From contig OZ024749.1 of the NCBI GenBank assembly GCA_964016885.1, forward strand, positions 39,928,001 to 39,992,000: a stretch of 64,000 bases of DNA, written 5' to 3'. Both the position numbers and the translations under genes were made by a program. Every line of letters begins with the position of its first letter. The first letter of the stretch is position 1. Below are positions 14,331-28,826 of this stretch, in pieces. The notes under the pieces were generated by a model, which worked only from the letters and a program-made list of their open reading frames with translations, was not told the origin of the DNA and did not search any database. Source of the stretch: Eledone cirrhosa (lineage: Eukaryota).

Positions 14331-14511
14331 CAATCTATACTGAAACCGTAGTGAATTCCAGAGCTTGATTGATGAGTTGGCAATGTCATCTTTACGTTCT
14401 ATTTTTCCATTGTCTTTGTCTTGTGCGCTCCTACTATGAATTTATATTCTAAAGACTTAGCCATGCGTGCTTGTATGTATGTGTTATGTATATATTTATG
14501 TACATATATCT

Positions 14512-14660
14512 TTTTTCATTGGCTGACCAAGATATTCTCATAGAATGACCAAATGAGGTTTATCTTTCAACATGGAAAGAAACACTGTAATTATAAATAA
14601 GAGCTGGAATTAATGCATGCAAAATCACAGCTCTAGCCTCATTTTCAGCCCAGCTTCGTA
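14512..14660 (+). mobile_element. Partial copy of the mariner-like non-autonomous element at 21539-21752
   Basis: Shares gaccaagatact/ttctcatagaatgaccaaatgaggtttat and a similar end (ttttcagcc...cgta). Confidence 0.6.
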
Positions 14661-14700
14661 CGCACACACACATACAGACACACACTGCTGCACACACACA

Positions 14701-14740
<40 letters not shown>

Positions 14741-15136
14741 TGAACACACACAGACACACACACATACACACACACACACACACACACTGCTGCACACACA
14801 CACACACACATATATAGACACTGTTGCACACACACATACACACACAACCCTCATTAACTTCTGCTATTTGGTTCGTGATCTCCTCGACGGAGACGAGAGT
14901 CGAAATAATTATGTATCCTGCTCACTCTCTGCAATTACTAGAACTAATGAGACCTGTTGATGTTGTTATGTATTGATATATGTCTGGCTTGATCATCTGA
15001 ACATCTAATCATTTGATCATTTAAATCATTTGATCAGTTGATCCTGTTTATATAGAGTTTTGTGAGAGGGACAAATCAGAGAACGTGACCTGAACACTGA
15101 TTGGAGTCTTATCGGAATTGCAAAGATGCTCTAACG

Positions 15137-15216
<80 letters not shown>

Positions 15217-15231
15217 ATATATATATATATA

Positions 15232-15284
<53 letters not shown>

Positions 15285-15525
15285 ATATATATATATGTGT
15301 GTGTGTATATGTATATATATATGTGTGTGTGTATATATATATATATGTGTCTGTGTATATATATATATGTGCGTGTATATATTTATGTGTATATATATAT
15401 ATGTAAATATATATGTGTGTGTATATATTTATGTGTATTTATATATATATATGTGTGTGTGTGTGTATATATATATGTGTATATATATATGTATATATAT
15501 ATATGTGTGTGTGTATACATGTATA

Positions 15526-15566
<41 letters not shown>

Positions 15567-15577
15567 ATATATGTATT

Positions 15578-15609
<32 letters not shown>

Positions 15610-15683
15610 TATGTGTATATAAGTATATATGTATATATATATATATAAGTATATATGTATATATATATATATAAGTATATATG

Positions 15684-15714
<31 letters not shown>

Positions 15715-15845
15715 GTGTATATAAGTATATATGTATATATATATGTGAGTATATATATAAGTATATATGTATATATATATATAAGAATATATGTATATAT
15801 ATATGTATATATTTATGTGTATATATGTATGTATGTATATGTATG

Positions 15846-15948
<103 letters not shown>

Positions 15949-15999
15949 TGTTAGTACAAACAAAACAAAAGAGCAATCAACACTTGTGCAAGTTGACAG

Positions 16000-16074
<75 letters not shown>

Positions 16075-16151
16075 GGAGAGAAAGAGAGAGAGACAGAATG
16101 GGTGAGAGATGGAGAGAGATGTATATATGACTCTGCCTGTATGTGTGTGTG

Positions 16152-16190
<39 letters not shown>

Positions 16191-17563
16191 TGTTGGCATG
16201 TGGTTGTGTTGTCTGATGAGGCCATGAGAAACATGCATTGCTTTCACTCACACCAGTCATTTGACCTTTCACTCCGGCACTCCGAATAACAACAGACACA
16301 ACAACAACAACGGCATCGCTAGCAATATTAACAACAACAACGGTATCGCTAACAAAAACAAGAGCAAAAATAACCAAAACAATACAACAAAACAACTGCC
16401 ACGATATTAACAACAATAACAATAACAATGGCAACGATAATGACAACAACAACAACAACAACAACAATAAAAACAACAATAAAAACAACAATAATGGCAT
16501 CACTAACGAAAAGAAAAAAAAACAATAAAAAAAACAGCCACAACAACAACAACAGCAATCAATTTAACCATTAAGTCACTATCAACAACAACAACAACAA
16601 CAACAGTAGTAACAGGGACGACGACATCACTAACAACAACCAATCATATTAACCATTAAGTCACTATCAACAACAACGACAACAACAACAACAGTAACAG
16701 GGACGACATCACCAACAAAAACAACAACAACAACAAGAAAGGCCTGAATTGTTTGAAAAAAAACAAACTATGAAAGTCTTTGACAAAAGCCAAGACAAGA
16801 CGATTAAGAACCAAGAACAACAAGAGGAATATATCAACAACATCAACATCAACAGCAACAACAACAAAAATAACAATACTTGGATCAACAACAACAGCAA
16901 CATCAGCAACAACAACAATAGCAATAGTAACAACAACCATAACAACAGCACCAGCAATAGCAACAACAACCATAACAACAGCAACAACAATCATATAAGG
17001 AGCAACAATAAGAACAACAGTAATCGTAACAACCACCATAACAGCAACAACAACCACAACAACAGCAACAACAACCACCAAATCAACAGCAACAACAACA
17101 ACAACCATAACAACAACATCAACAGCAACAGTGATAAAAAGTTAACAGCCAAAATATTTGTAAATCTGCTACATTGCAACCAAAAACAAACGTCAAACTC
17201 TTCGTGAAAAAACTTTGGCCAAAATCTCGTTCTTGTTCATTCTTCAGATTTGATTGAAGTCTGCCAAGACAGTAGGTAAGATGTCTTGGCAATGTCTTTA
17301 AATATACTTAGAACATGGTGAGCAGACTGTCGAAACATGGCGATTTTGCCTCCAATAAAACCATTCAGATCCTCCCACACATTGGCTGTAGTTAGTTTCG
17401 CTATTTTCACAGCATCCCATCTCATCTCTCCTGGCTAAGAGTCATGGTACACCTCTGGAGTTTTAACAAAGAGCGGTCCAATACTTCCAACAAAAGTTCG
17501 GGCAAAATGCCGCAGAATATACCGCCTCCACCTCTAGCTGGAATCAAATGCACGCAAGTGCGC

Positions 17564-17594
<31 letters not shown>

Positions 17595-18317
17595 TGGAGG
17601 ATCTCCGTCAGTTCCAACGATTGGTGTTTACAGCTATTCGAAGCAATGGAGCAGATTTCTTATGAAATTACAAGTGGTTAAACGTTTCTCAGCCCTTTGG
17701 ATTACGAATACGTTGTATGATTTTACGGAAGAGGTCAACTTTATTTAAAGCAGTGGAAATATATCAATAAGTACCTGGAGAAGAAATGGGCCCAGCCATG
17801 CTTTCAATTGCCCTAGAAACGCCGTATGTCAATGTGATGTCCCAACGACGCCCCAAGGGTTACGGGCCCAGATACATAGATTATAATGTAAGTGATAATG
17901 GTGGTGATGGTGATGGTTATGATGAGGATGATGTTGATAGCAATGAAGGTTATGATGATAGTGATGATGATGGTGATGGGCAATGAAGGTGATTATGATG
18001 ATGATGGTGATGATGATGATGATGATGATGATGATGGTGGTGGCAATGAAGGTGATGATGATAGTGGTGATGATGATGATGACAATGAAATAGAGGTGAT
18101 GATGATGATGGTGATGATGGTGATGATGATGTTGAGGACGATGACGATGATGAAGAAGAAGAACGAACCCGAAAAAATGAAAATATATATTATTACATGA
18201 TTGACAGACAAACAAAAGTCTTTGGTTGTTGTCCACCATTGCAATAATTGTTGGACATGAGAGACTTCCCCACTCCCGCCCTTCTACTCACAGTTACCTT
18301 TCTCCCGACACCGCCAC

Positions 18318-18857
18318 CATCCCAACACCAACACCACCACCACCACCACCATACACCACCACCACCACCATACACCACCACCACCACCACCACCACCACC
18401 ACCATACACCACCACCACCACCATACACCACCACCACCGCCACCCCCACCACCACCACCATACACCACCACCACCACCATACACCACCACCACCACCATA
18501 CACCACCATACACCACCACCACCACCACCATACACCACCACCACCACCATACACCACCACCACCGCCACCCCCACCACCACCACCATACACCACCACCAC
18601 CACCATACACCACCACCACCACCATACACCACCATACACCACCACCACCGCCACCCCCACCACCACCACCATACACCACCACCACCATACACCACCACCA
18701 CCACCACCACCACCATACACCACCACCACCACCATACACCACCACCACCACCACCACCACCACCATACACCACCACCACCACCATACACCACCCCCACCG
18801 CCACCCCCACCACCACCACCATACACCACCACCACCATACACCACCACCACCACCAT
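18318..18857. repeat. (CAC)n/CCATACAC-rich compound minisatellite
   Basis: Direct inspection. Confidence 0.9.
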
Positions 18858-19109
18858 TTATGTCAATTAACTCACTTCATTTTCAAGTACATTTCCTTTA
18901 ATTGTGTCTTTTTGTCTGTGTGTGTATATGTGTATGTAAATGTGTGACAATGTGTGTGTGTATATATGTGTGTACATATTTGTGTGTACGTGTGTATTCA
19001 TGTGTTTATGTATTTATATGTGTGTCTTTTTGTGCGTATATGTGTATATATATATGTGTATATATATTTGTGTGTGTAAGAGTGTGTCTACGTATTTGTT
19101 TGTCTGTAT

Positions 19110-19702
19110 TTGTGCGTATATGTGTATGCAAATGTGTGACAATGTGTGTGTGTGTGTATATATATATATGTGTGTTTGTGTGTATTTATGTGTGTGTGAG
19201 AGTATCAACATATTTGTTTGTGTGTTTCTGTGTGCATATATGTAAATGTGTGACAATGTGTGTGTGTGTGTATATATATATATGTTTGTGTGTATTTATG
19301 TGTGTGTGAGAGTATCAACATATTTGTTTGTGTCTTTCTGTGTGCATATATGCAAATGTGTGACAATGTGTGTGTGTGTGTATATATATATATGTGTGTT
19401 TGTGTGTATTTATGTGTGTGTGAGAGTATCAACATATTTGTTTGTGTGTTTCTGTGTGCATATATGTAAATGTGTGACAATGTGTGTGTGTGTGTATATA
19501 TATATATGTTTGTGTGTATTTATGTGTGTGTGAGAGTATCAACATATTTGTTTGTGTCTTTCTGTGTGCATATATGCAAATGTGTGACAATGTGTGTGTG
19601 TGTGTATATATATATATATGTTTGTGTGTATTTATGTGTGTGTGAGAGTATCAACATATTTGTTTGTGTGTTTCTGTGTGCATATATGTAAATGTGTGAC
19701 AA

Positions 19703-19733
<31 letters not shown>

Positions 19734-19932
19734 GTTTGTGTGTGTATTTATGTGTGTGTGAGAGTATCAACATATTTGTTTGTGTGTTTCTGTGTGCATA
19801 TATGCAAATGTGTGACAATGTGTGTGTGTGTGTATATATATATATATGTGTGTGTGTGTATTTATGTGTGTGTGAGAGTATCAACATATTTGTTTGTGTG
19901 TTTCTGTGTGCATATATGTAAATGTGTGACAA

Positions 19933-19963
<31 letters not shown>

Positions 19964-20048
19964 GTTTGTGTGTGTATTTATGTGTGTGTGAGAGTATCAA
20001 CATATTTGTTTGTGTCTTTCTGTGTGCATATATGCAAATGTGTGACAA

Positions 20049-20079
<31 letters not shown>

Positions 20080-20162
20080 GTTTGTGTGTATTTATGTGTG
20101 TGTGAGAGTATCAACATATTTGTTTGTGTGTTTCTGTGTGCATATATGTAAATGTGTGACAA

Positions 20163-20193
<31 letters not shown>

Positions 20194-20392
20194 GTTTGTG
20201 TGTGTATTTATGTGTGTGTGAGAGTATCAACATATTTGTTTGTGTGTTTCTGTGTGCATATATGCAAATGTGTGACAATGTGTGTGTGTGTGTATATATA
20301 TATATATGTGTGTGTGTGTATTTATGTGTGTGTGAGAGTATCAACATATTTGTTTGTGTGTTTCTGTGTGCATATATGTAAATGTGTGACAA

Positions 20393-20423
<31 letters not shown>

Positions 20424-20505
20424 GTTTGTGTGTGTATTTATGTGTGTGTGAGAGTATCAACATATTTGTTTGTGTCTTTCTGTGTGCATATATGCAAATG
20501 TGTGA

Positions 20506-20537
<32 letters not shown>

Positions 20538-20620
20538 GTTTGTGTGTATTTATGTGTGTGTGAGAGTATCAACATATTTGTTTGTGTGTTTCTGTGTGCA
20601 TATATGTAAATGTGTGGCAA
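19110..20620. repeat. ~114-bp tandem repeat built from TG/TA blocks
   Basis: Anchor gagagtatcaacatatttgtttg recurs every ~110-118 bp. Confidence 0.92.
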
Positions 20621-20709
20621 TGTGTGTGTATGTATGTTTAAGTGATTCTTTGAACGTATATGTATGGCAATGTGTGTCTATGTATTTGTTTTGGTGTTTT
20701 TGTATATGT

Positions 20710-20745
<36 letters not shown>

Positions 20746-20864
20746 CTAAATGCGTGTGCCGCGTTCTATGGGGATCGATTCCACAGTGTAACACCTTGGG
20801 CGTGTAATTTCCATAGTTCCATGTCGAAATATGTGTGTAGAACTTTTCATGTGTTGGTATGTAG

Positions 20865-20896
<32 letters not shown>

Positions 20897-21143
20897 ACAC
20901 ATACACACACACTCACTCACACACCCACACACACATACACACACACGCACGCACAGATACACACACTCACACACACACACACACACAAAGACAGAGAGAG
21001 AGAGAGAGAAAGATTTATCGAATCATGTTGCATTTAGGCAATGATGTCGAAAATAAATTCCTGTGTGTGTGTATGTGTGTGTGTGTATGTATGTGTGTAT
21101 GTGTATATGTGTGTGTGTGTATATATATGTGTGTGTGTGTGTA

Positions 21144-21179
<36 letters not shown>

Positions 21180-21201
21180 CGTGTGTGTGTGTGTGTGTGT
21201 G

Positions 21202-21275
<74 letters not shown>

Positions 21276-21538
21276 AACACAAAGTAATATAATGAAAATT
21301 TCGTTTTCCGTTTTATTTTTATTTTCCATTTTATATGTACCAAACATTTCAATTTTTTTCTATCTCACCAATTTTTGATTGTTTTGTGTCTATTTTTCAA
21401 CACATACTTAGGTTATGAAGTACATGACCTACAACTAATCAATATATATGCCAGACTGGCTTTAGGTTACATTAAATGGAATACGAAATACAATAGAAGA
21501 GGTGTTCACACGCATACGTAATTAAATTTATATATATT

Positions 21539-21752
21539 CGAGGGTCAACTGAAAGGTTCATGGGCTGAAAAGTTCATGAGTTGACCAAGATACTCTCATG
21601 GAATGACCAAATGAGGTTTATTTATCAACACAGTCCCTGGAAAGAAACAATGTAGTTATAAATACGAAGAATCGAAATTAATGCATGAAGGATTTCACAG
21701 CTTCAACTTCACTCCCTCATATTCAGCCTATGAACTTTTCAGCCTAACCTCG
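21539..21752 (+). mobile_element. Tc1/mariner-type non-autonomous element (MITE)
   Basis: Imperfect TIRs cgagggtcaactgaaag / ttttcagcctaacctcg in TA context. An internal subterminal inverted repeat (ggctgaaaagttcat / atgaacttttcagcc) is also present. Confidence 0.7.
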
Positions 21753-21776
21753 TATATATATATATAGAAATAGTAT

Positions 21777-21900
21777 TAGGAAAAGAGTCAGGACCCCGAC
21801 GGCTGAGCTCCGGCCGTTTCGACAGCTAGATCCGTCGAGGTACTGACTCTTTTCCTATTACCCACTCTACTACCTAGTTCCTTACCACACTTTCTTTGTT
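21777..21900. mobile_element. Family P fold-back fragment (probable Penelope-like pLTR piece)
   Basis: aggaaaagagtcaggaccccgacgg... followed by its reverse complement ...tgactcttttcctattacccactctac. TA-flanked. Confidence 0.65.
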
Positions 21901-21971
21901 TTATATATAACAGCAATGGTTGCATTCTTTAAGGGTATGTCAATATTTATTTATAAAACTGCTCTATATTA

Positions 21972-22036
21972 TATTTTATCTGATGAAAGCACACCATAAT
22001 TTAACTTGGTGTCCTTGAAATATGTATAATGAAATA
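21972..22036 (+). ncRNA. Type I hammerhead ribozyme motif (HHR1)
   Basis: Stem I tattttat/atgaaata; CTGATGA at 21980; stem II aagcacacca/tggtgtcctt (9/10 paired); GAAA at 22017; short stem III a-tatgta-t; AUA triplet, predicted cut after 22028. Confidence 0.8.
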
Positions 22037-22168
22037 AATATGGTTTTATAAATATAGTTTCCATTTGTTAATATATCGTATTTTTACTCCAATAATTTGT
22101 TGAGTGCTTTATATCAGTTATAAAAATATTTGCTTGTTGTATCCCAACAATTTAAATAGAACTTCTAC

Positions 22169-22294
<126 letters not shown>

Positions 22295-22536
22295 TAAAAT
22301 AACAGATTAAAGTTTAAGCAAAGAATCACTGCTTTCACCCTTAACGGGATCATACATACATACACACACACACATACACACATACACACACACATATATA
22401 TATATATATGCATATATATATATACATATATAGTATTAAATAGTATATATATATAGTATGTATATAGTATTAAATAGGTCGAAGGCCTTCGATCTATTTA
22501 ATACTATATAATGCTCCGGCTTGTACCATTTATACG

Positions 22537-22613
<77 letters not shown>

Positions 22614-22615
22614 CA

Positions 22616-22690
<75 letters not shown>

Positions 22691-23135
22691 CGTTATATGG
22701 AGACTTCTCTTTGAAATTGAAGTGTCTTGGCCAGTGATACCATACAGTGTAACCAACAGGAAACCAAGGTCGTTGACCTCCGTTACCATCACAACCACTA
22801 ATACCACCGTTACCAACACCACCACCAGCACTGCTGTTATTACCATTAAGACAATGCTATCATCCTCACCGCCATTACTACCATCTTGTCTTCTCTTCGT
22901 CAAACAGAGCAATGCAGTGACCACGTGACAAGGCAATGCCAGTTTCTTACATATTCCAAATACTAACCACACACACACACAGAGACATACACACACAGAG
23001 ACATACACACACAGAGACATACACACACAGAGACATACACACACAGAGACATACACACACAGAGACATACACACACACAGACATACAGACAGACACACTT
23101 TTTGTAGCGGCCAAGATAAATTTTTATCATTTTGA

Positions 23136-23315
23136 GGATCGGACGCCATGCTTTGACGCATAGAGTTACGGCCCTTGTCATTCTGACTTCAAATCCCGCC
23201 GAGCTTAACTTTTTCCTTTCATCCTTACGGGGTCGATAAAATAAAGTACCAGTAATGCACTGGCTAATCGCTGGCCTTGTGCCTAAAGTAGAAACAATTA
23301 TTATTATTATTATCA
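23136..23315 (+). mobile_element. tRNA-derived SINE (major family), 5' truncated
   Basis: B-box-like ttcaaatccc, central ctttcatccttacggggtcgataaaataaagtaccag, (ATT)n tail. Confidence 0.85.
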
Positions 23316-23349
23316 TTAAGGTTGGTGTCATGGTCGCTTTTCTTGATCT

Positions 23350-23892
<543 letters not shown>

Positions 23893-24055
23893 TAGAAGCA
23901 ATTATTTTAACTATGTATATATGTATGTACGCATGAATGCAAGAGTGCATGTATGTATTTATATATGTATTATGTATGTATTTGTTGCTATGATATGTCT
24001 ATCTGAATTAAACAAGCAAGAAGCATGGATTTGAAATATACCACACTATGAAAAT

Positions 24056-24231
24056 ATTTGTTTCTACTTTTGTCACAAGGCCAGCAATTACACCAGTGCA
24101 TTACTGGTACTTTATTTTATCGACCCCGTAAGGATGAAAGGCAAAGTTTACCTCGGCGGGATTTGAACTCAGACCATAAAGGGGCGTAACTCTTTGCTGC
24201 AAAGCATGGCGTCAGACCCTCTACCGATACT
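24056..24231 (-). mobile_element. tRNA-derived SINE (major family)
   Basis: Reverse complement of the same head, core and tail. Confidence 0.85.
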
Positions 24232-24379
24232 ATTGAGTCCTTCACACAACAATTTATCACGTCTGCTGATGTTGAATTAAAGACAAGACAGTTTGTCATT
24301 TGGGGTATCAGATCACGTGGCATGCCACGTGGGGTATCAAGTCTGTCACCCTTTCATCTTCCTCTTTTCTTTCATTGCC

Positions 24380-24572
24380 TAATAATTGTTTCTACTTTTG
24401 GCATGGCACAAGGCCAGCAATTACCTCAGTGCATTACTGGTACTTTAATTTATCGACCCCGTAAGGATGAAAGGTAAAGTTAACCTCGGTGGGATTTGAA
24501 CCCAGATCGTAAAGGGTCGAAACTCTGTGCTGCAAAGCATGGCGTCCGACCGCCTACCGATACTGCCAATCC
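24380..24572 (-). mobile_element. tRNA-derived SINE (major family)
   Basis: Reverse complement, including the head ggattggcagtatcggtag. Confidence 0.85.
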
Positions 24573-24914
24573 AATTGCTGCCTTTTTCTGCCCGTTTGCT
24601 CCTTTTTTTCTCTCATTTATAGTATGTGTGTGTACATGTATGTATATATGTGTGTATGTATGTAATGTATGTATATATGTGTGTGTACATGTATGTATAT
24701 ATGTGTGTATGTATGTAATGTATGTATATATGTGTGTGTCCATGTATGTATATATGTGTGTATGTATGTATGTGCATGTTTATGTATGGATATGTGTGAG
24801 TATGACTGCGTGTCATTTGTGTGCGTGTGTATGCATGTGTGTGTGTATGTGTTAATTTCGATGAATACAGAGGGAAAAGGAAGTGGGAGGAGGAAGTAGA
24901 AGGGTTAAAAAGAA

Positions 24915-24952
<38 letters not shown>

Positions 24953-25014
24953 AGGCTGAAATTGAATTTATCATTATTAAGAACAAGATGTAGAAAATAT
25001 GAAGTAGGTTATTG

Positions 25015-26005
25015 AGGTGGTGGTGGTGGTGGTGGACGGTGGTGGTGGACGGTGGTGGTGGTGGTGGACGGTGGTGGTGGTATTGGTGGCGGTGGTAGGG
25101 GACGGTGATAGTGGTCGTGGTGGTGGACGGTGGTGGTGGTGGACGGCGGTACTGGTGTTGGTGGCGGTGGTAGTGGTGGACGTGGTGGTGGTGGTGGTGC
25201 TGGTGGTGGTGGCGATGGTGGACGGCGGACGATGGTGATGGATGGTGGTGGTGGACGGCGGCAGTGGTGGTGGTGGTGGACGGTGGTGGTGGTGCTGCTG
25301 GTGGTGGTGATGGTGGACGGCAGACGATGGTGATGGATGGTGGTGGTGGACGGCGGCAGTGGTGGTGGTGGTGGACGGTGGTGGTGGTGGTGGTGGTGGA
25401 CGGTTGTAGTAGCGGTGGTGGTGGACGGCGGTAGTGGTGGCGGTGGTGGACGGCTGTGGTGGTGGTGGTGGTGGTGGACGGCGGCAGTGGTGTTGGTGGT
25501 GGACGGTGGTGGTGGTGGTGCTGGTGGTGGTGATGGTGGACGGCAGACGATGGTGATGGATGGTGGTGGTGGACGGCGGCAGTGGTGTTGGTGGTGGTGC
25601 TGGTGGTGGTGATGGTGGACGGCGGACGATGGTGATGGATGGTGGTGGTGGACGGCGGCAGTGGTGTTGGTGGTGGTGCTGGTGGTGGTGATGGTGGACG
25701 GCGGACGATGGTGATGGATGGTGGTGGTGGACGGCGGCAGTGGTGGTGGTGGTGGACGGTGGTGGTGGTGCTGCTGGTGGTGGTGATGGTGGACGGCAGA
25801 CGATGGTGATGGATGGTGGTGGTGGACGGCGGCAGTGGTGTTGGTGGTGGTAGACGGCGGTAGTGGTGGTGGTGGTGGACGGTTGTAGTAGCGGTGGTGG
25901 TGGACGGCGGTAGTGGTGGCGGTGGTGGACGGCTGTGGTGCTGGTGGTGGTGGTGGTGGTGGACGGCTGTAGTGGTGTTGGTGGTAGTGGACGGCGGCGG
26001 CGGTA
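25015..26005. repeat. GGT/GGAC-rich minisatellite
   Basis: Recurring ggtggtggacggcggcag and gacgatggtgatggat blocks. Confidence 0.9.
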
Positions 26006-26376
26006 GTGGTTATTGACGGAGGTGGCGGCAATCGTGATGGTGCGGTCATTATCATGATGATGCTTATGTGGATAATAATAATCATAATGATGATGATGAT
26101 GATGATGATGAAGACGACGATAGTGTTGATGACTGTGGTGATGATAATGTGCAACCGGAAGTCTCACATCTACATCCGGTAGGTGTATGTAAGCCCATTG
26201 TTATATCTACCAATTAGTTGTCTGTGTAACAAACCTTTACAACTGGCATCACTTGATATTTGTTACAAACGACGAGAACATTCTCTTTAGTAATCTATAT
26301 ATCTATCTTTCTACTTGTTCATCTCTCTATCTATCTATCACTCTATCTATCTATCTATCTATCTAAATATCTATCT

Positions 26377-26752
26377 TTTTTTCAAATACCACTTTGGAAG
26401 AAGAGTCAGGATGGAGAGAGAGGTGCTGTACCCCAGCAAGTTTTATGAAAGGTGGGTGAAAGTGGCGAGAATGGCCCGAGTGAATGGGCCTTCTCTCTAT
26501 ATCAGCCTGTAGGTTGAGGAAAAGAAGGAGGAGAGGAAAGGAGTACAAACTCTTCGTACTCCTGGAGATGAGGGTTGCACATTTTTTTTCGGGGGTATGT
26601 GTTACCCATATAAACTGTCTCCCTCTATTGGGGAAAATCGACTAACTTTTTAAATTCCATTTGTGATAACATTTTACACGTTTTTATTGTATGTAAACTT
26701 CCCCCTTTGTATTTGTCCCCTTCTTTTGTGCCCCTGTGGCTAATAAAGAAAT
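26377..26752 (+). mobile_element. 5'-truncated Tx1/L1 copy (last 44 codons of ORF2 plus 3' UTR), sister subfamily of the full-length element
   Basis: FFKYHFGRRVRMEREVLYPSKFYERWVKVARMARVNGPSLYISL* matches the ORF2 C-terminus at 37/44 residues. Ends gcccctgtggctaataaagaaat. (TATC)n on both sides. Confidence 0.93.
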
Positions 26753-26984
26753 ATATCTATCTATCTATCTATCTATCTATCTTGATAGAGTAAGACACGC
26801 TTCGCATCGGCTCCGCTATTCCATCGGGATTTACCCTTACTATTGTAAGTACCGGATAAATTTTTTAGTGCAACACATTTGGAACACTAACCCCTGTTAT
26901 TTAGGGAAACATTTTTGCATTTACCCCCTTTTTAGGGGGTAAAATAAATATCTATTTTTGCCGAAAAATTTCTTTCTTGGCAGC

Positions 26985-28373
26985 ATGGCGGAAAAGATGG
27001 CAGACATGTCTGCCATTAGCTCTGCCACGCCCCCCAAGTCTGAAGAACAAAAAATAATTACAACAAAATTAGACATTGAAACAAACAAACAAAATGAAAA
27101 AACAAATGTTAAGGAAAATGAGCAAACAGAAAACAAACAAACAGAAAATAATACAAATAACGACAGGGCAACTTTCGCCCAGAAAACAAAGCAATCCATT
27201 ACATACACACCAATTGACCTAACTGCCGCCAGAGAAAAACTGGCCGAAGCAAAGAAACATATTGTTTTGGGGGAAAACGGAATGTTTTCCATTAACTCCC
27301 CCCCAGAATTCAAGAAAGCCAGAGCAGAAAACACAGTTATATACAGAACTATACTAAACCAGTCAAGAAAGCCAGCACAGCCCAGCCAAATGGAAATAGA
27401 GTTAGTCCTAAAAGACTATATGAAGAATATTCTCTTCATACGAAAGGACCGACTCTATGGCAGCATTTCGGTCCTAACAAGAGACAAAGAAACGGCGGTT
27501 CAGCTTTCCCTAAGCCCACTCTCGTCGACAACATATAGCTTCTATCCCTCCTACATGGGTAGAAGAACACAGAGGGTAAAAGTAAAAACAATGCTGCCCA
27601 CAATGGACTTCTGGTGGGCTATTGCTGGCTTCATTGATATGGGCGAAGACACTATGCTGTCAATGGGGAAGGCAACTGGAGATGCGTTCCTGGGAATGGG
27701 CCTCGACATACTAGTCCAAATGAGGCCCGAAAGAATAGCACAAATCCCGGATCGCATCTGGCTGGATGACCTTACCCCAATAGACATAATTGTAGAGGGG
27801 AGAAGACCAGCATGCTATTTATGCATGGAAAGGGGACACGTTAAGGCTAACTGCCCGAAACGTATCCCCCAAAAAGGACTATTGCCCACACCCACCACAA
27901 ACAGTACACCAGCACCACCCACCTCCAAAAATACACTAATACCACACACAGCAAACAAAATACAGACACCACCAACCACAAACACAACACAAACATCACC
28001 ACCACCAGCACCAAACACAAGCACGACACAAAAATCACCACCACCAACCACAACACAAACATCACCACCACCATTACCAACCACAAGCACGACACAAACA
28101 TTACCACCACCACCACCACAAAACCCATTCCAAACAAATAATAAAAAAAACAGTAACAAATCTACCCCTCCCGCAAAAAAAAAACAACCACACAACACGT
28201 CCCTCCCACCTAGCGCTGAAGAGTTTCCCCCAACTTCTGAAGAAGAAGGAGGAGAAGCCTTCAGACAAGTTAAAAGAAAAAAAAAGAAAACACACACCCA
28301 GCACACCACAAATAACCCACACACAAACACCAACTCCAATCAAAAACACCCCACCCTCAACAAACAAAAATAA
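26985..28373 (+). CDS. ORF1 (gag-like nucleic-acid-binding protein), N-terminal part
   Basis: ATG at 26985 in strong Kozak context (agcATGG). CX2CX4HX4C knuckle CYLCMERGHVKANC, Pro/Thr-rich linker, basic KRKKK patch. Confidence 0.88.
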   Translation: MAEKMADMSAISSATPPKSEEQKIITTKLDIETNKQNEKTNVKENEQTENKQTENNTNNDRATFAQKTKQSITYTPIDLTAAREKLAEAKKHIVLGENGMFSINSPPEFKKARAENTVIYRTILNQSRKPAQPSQMEIELVLKDYMKNILFIRKDRLYGSISVLTRDKETAVQLSLSPLSSTTYSFYPSYMGRRTQRVKVKTMLPTMDFWWAIAGFIDMGEDTMLSMGKATGDAFLGMGLDILVQMRPERIAQIPDRIWLDDLTPIDIIVEGRRPACYLCMERGHVKANCPKRIPQKGLLPTPTTNSTPAPPTSKNTLIPHTANKIQTPPTTNTTQTSPPPAPNTSTTQKSPPPTTTQTSPPPLPTTSTTQTLPPPPPQNPFQTNNKKNSNKSTPPAKKKQPHNTSLPPSAEEFPPTSEEEGGEAFRQVKRKKKKTHTQHTTNNPHTNTNSNQKHPTLNKQK

Positions 28374-28821
28374 ATCTGCGCCTCCCCTCTCCGAAACATT
28401 GACAGCATCACAAAAAAAGACGTTGCAATACACATATATAAATAAAGAAAACAAAAAACTGGTTAAATTAATAAACAATAACCCTATGGTGCAGACCGAA
28501 GGGCCAAACTTTATCTCAACAGAGAACTTCACCCATTTAAAAATGATAAAGGTCCCTCTGGACCTTTATCGTTCCTTAAAAGAACAATTTAGACGGGACG
28601 TGAGCCCCCCCTGTTTAAAACCGTTGAATCGCGTCCTCTTGAAAGATTTCCCCATAACCGCCCCTCTCCCTGACACAACTCCAAATACCCCAACCCCACC
28701 ACACACGTGTACCCCCACACCACCACAAAACATCCCTCCACCCAACACACCTGATGCCATGGAAATTACGCAACCCGGAGAGGTAAGTGCTTTTCTTTCT
28801 TCACTTTCAACACCAAAATAG
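28286..28821 (+). CDS. Probable ORF1 C-terminal part in the +1 frame
   Basis: The frame of the 140-aa ORF is open back through the A-run at 28277-28285 (RKHTPSTPQITHTQTPTP...). Removing one A joins it to ORF1 to give ~611 aa. Confidence 0.7.
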
Positions 28822-28826
28822 ATCAA

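Noticed and set aside
16205-16245. CTGATGA...GAAA at 16213
   Set aside because: No pairing for stems I and II.
17786-17893. Short ORF ending at a GTAAGT donor (possible host exon)
   Set aside because: In-frame stop just upstream, weak acceptor, no recognisable protein and no partner exons.
19110-20620. Regularly spaced repeat resembling a CRISPR array (also 47637-48275)
   Set aside because: The intervening sequence is repeated rather than unique spacers, there are no cas genes, and the context is eukaryotic.
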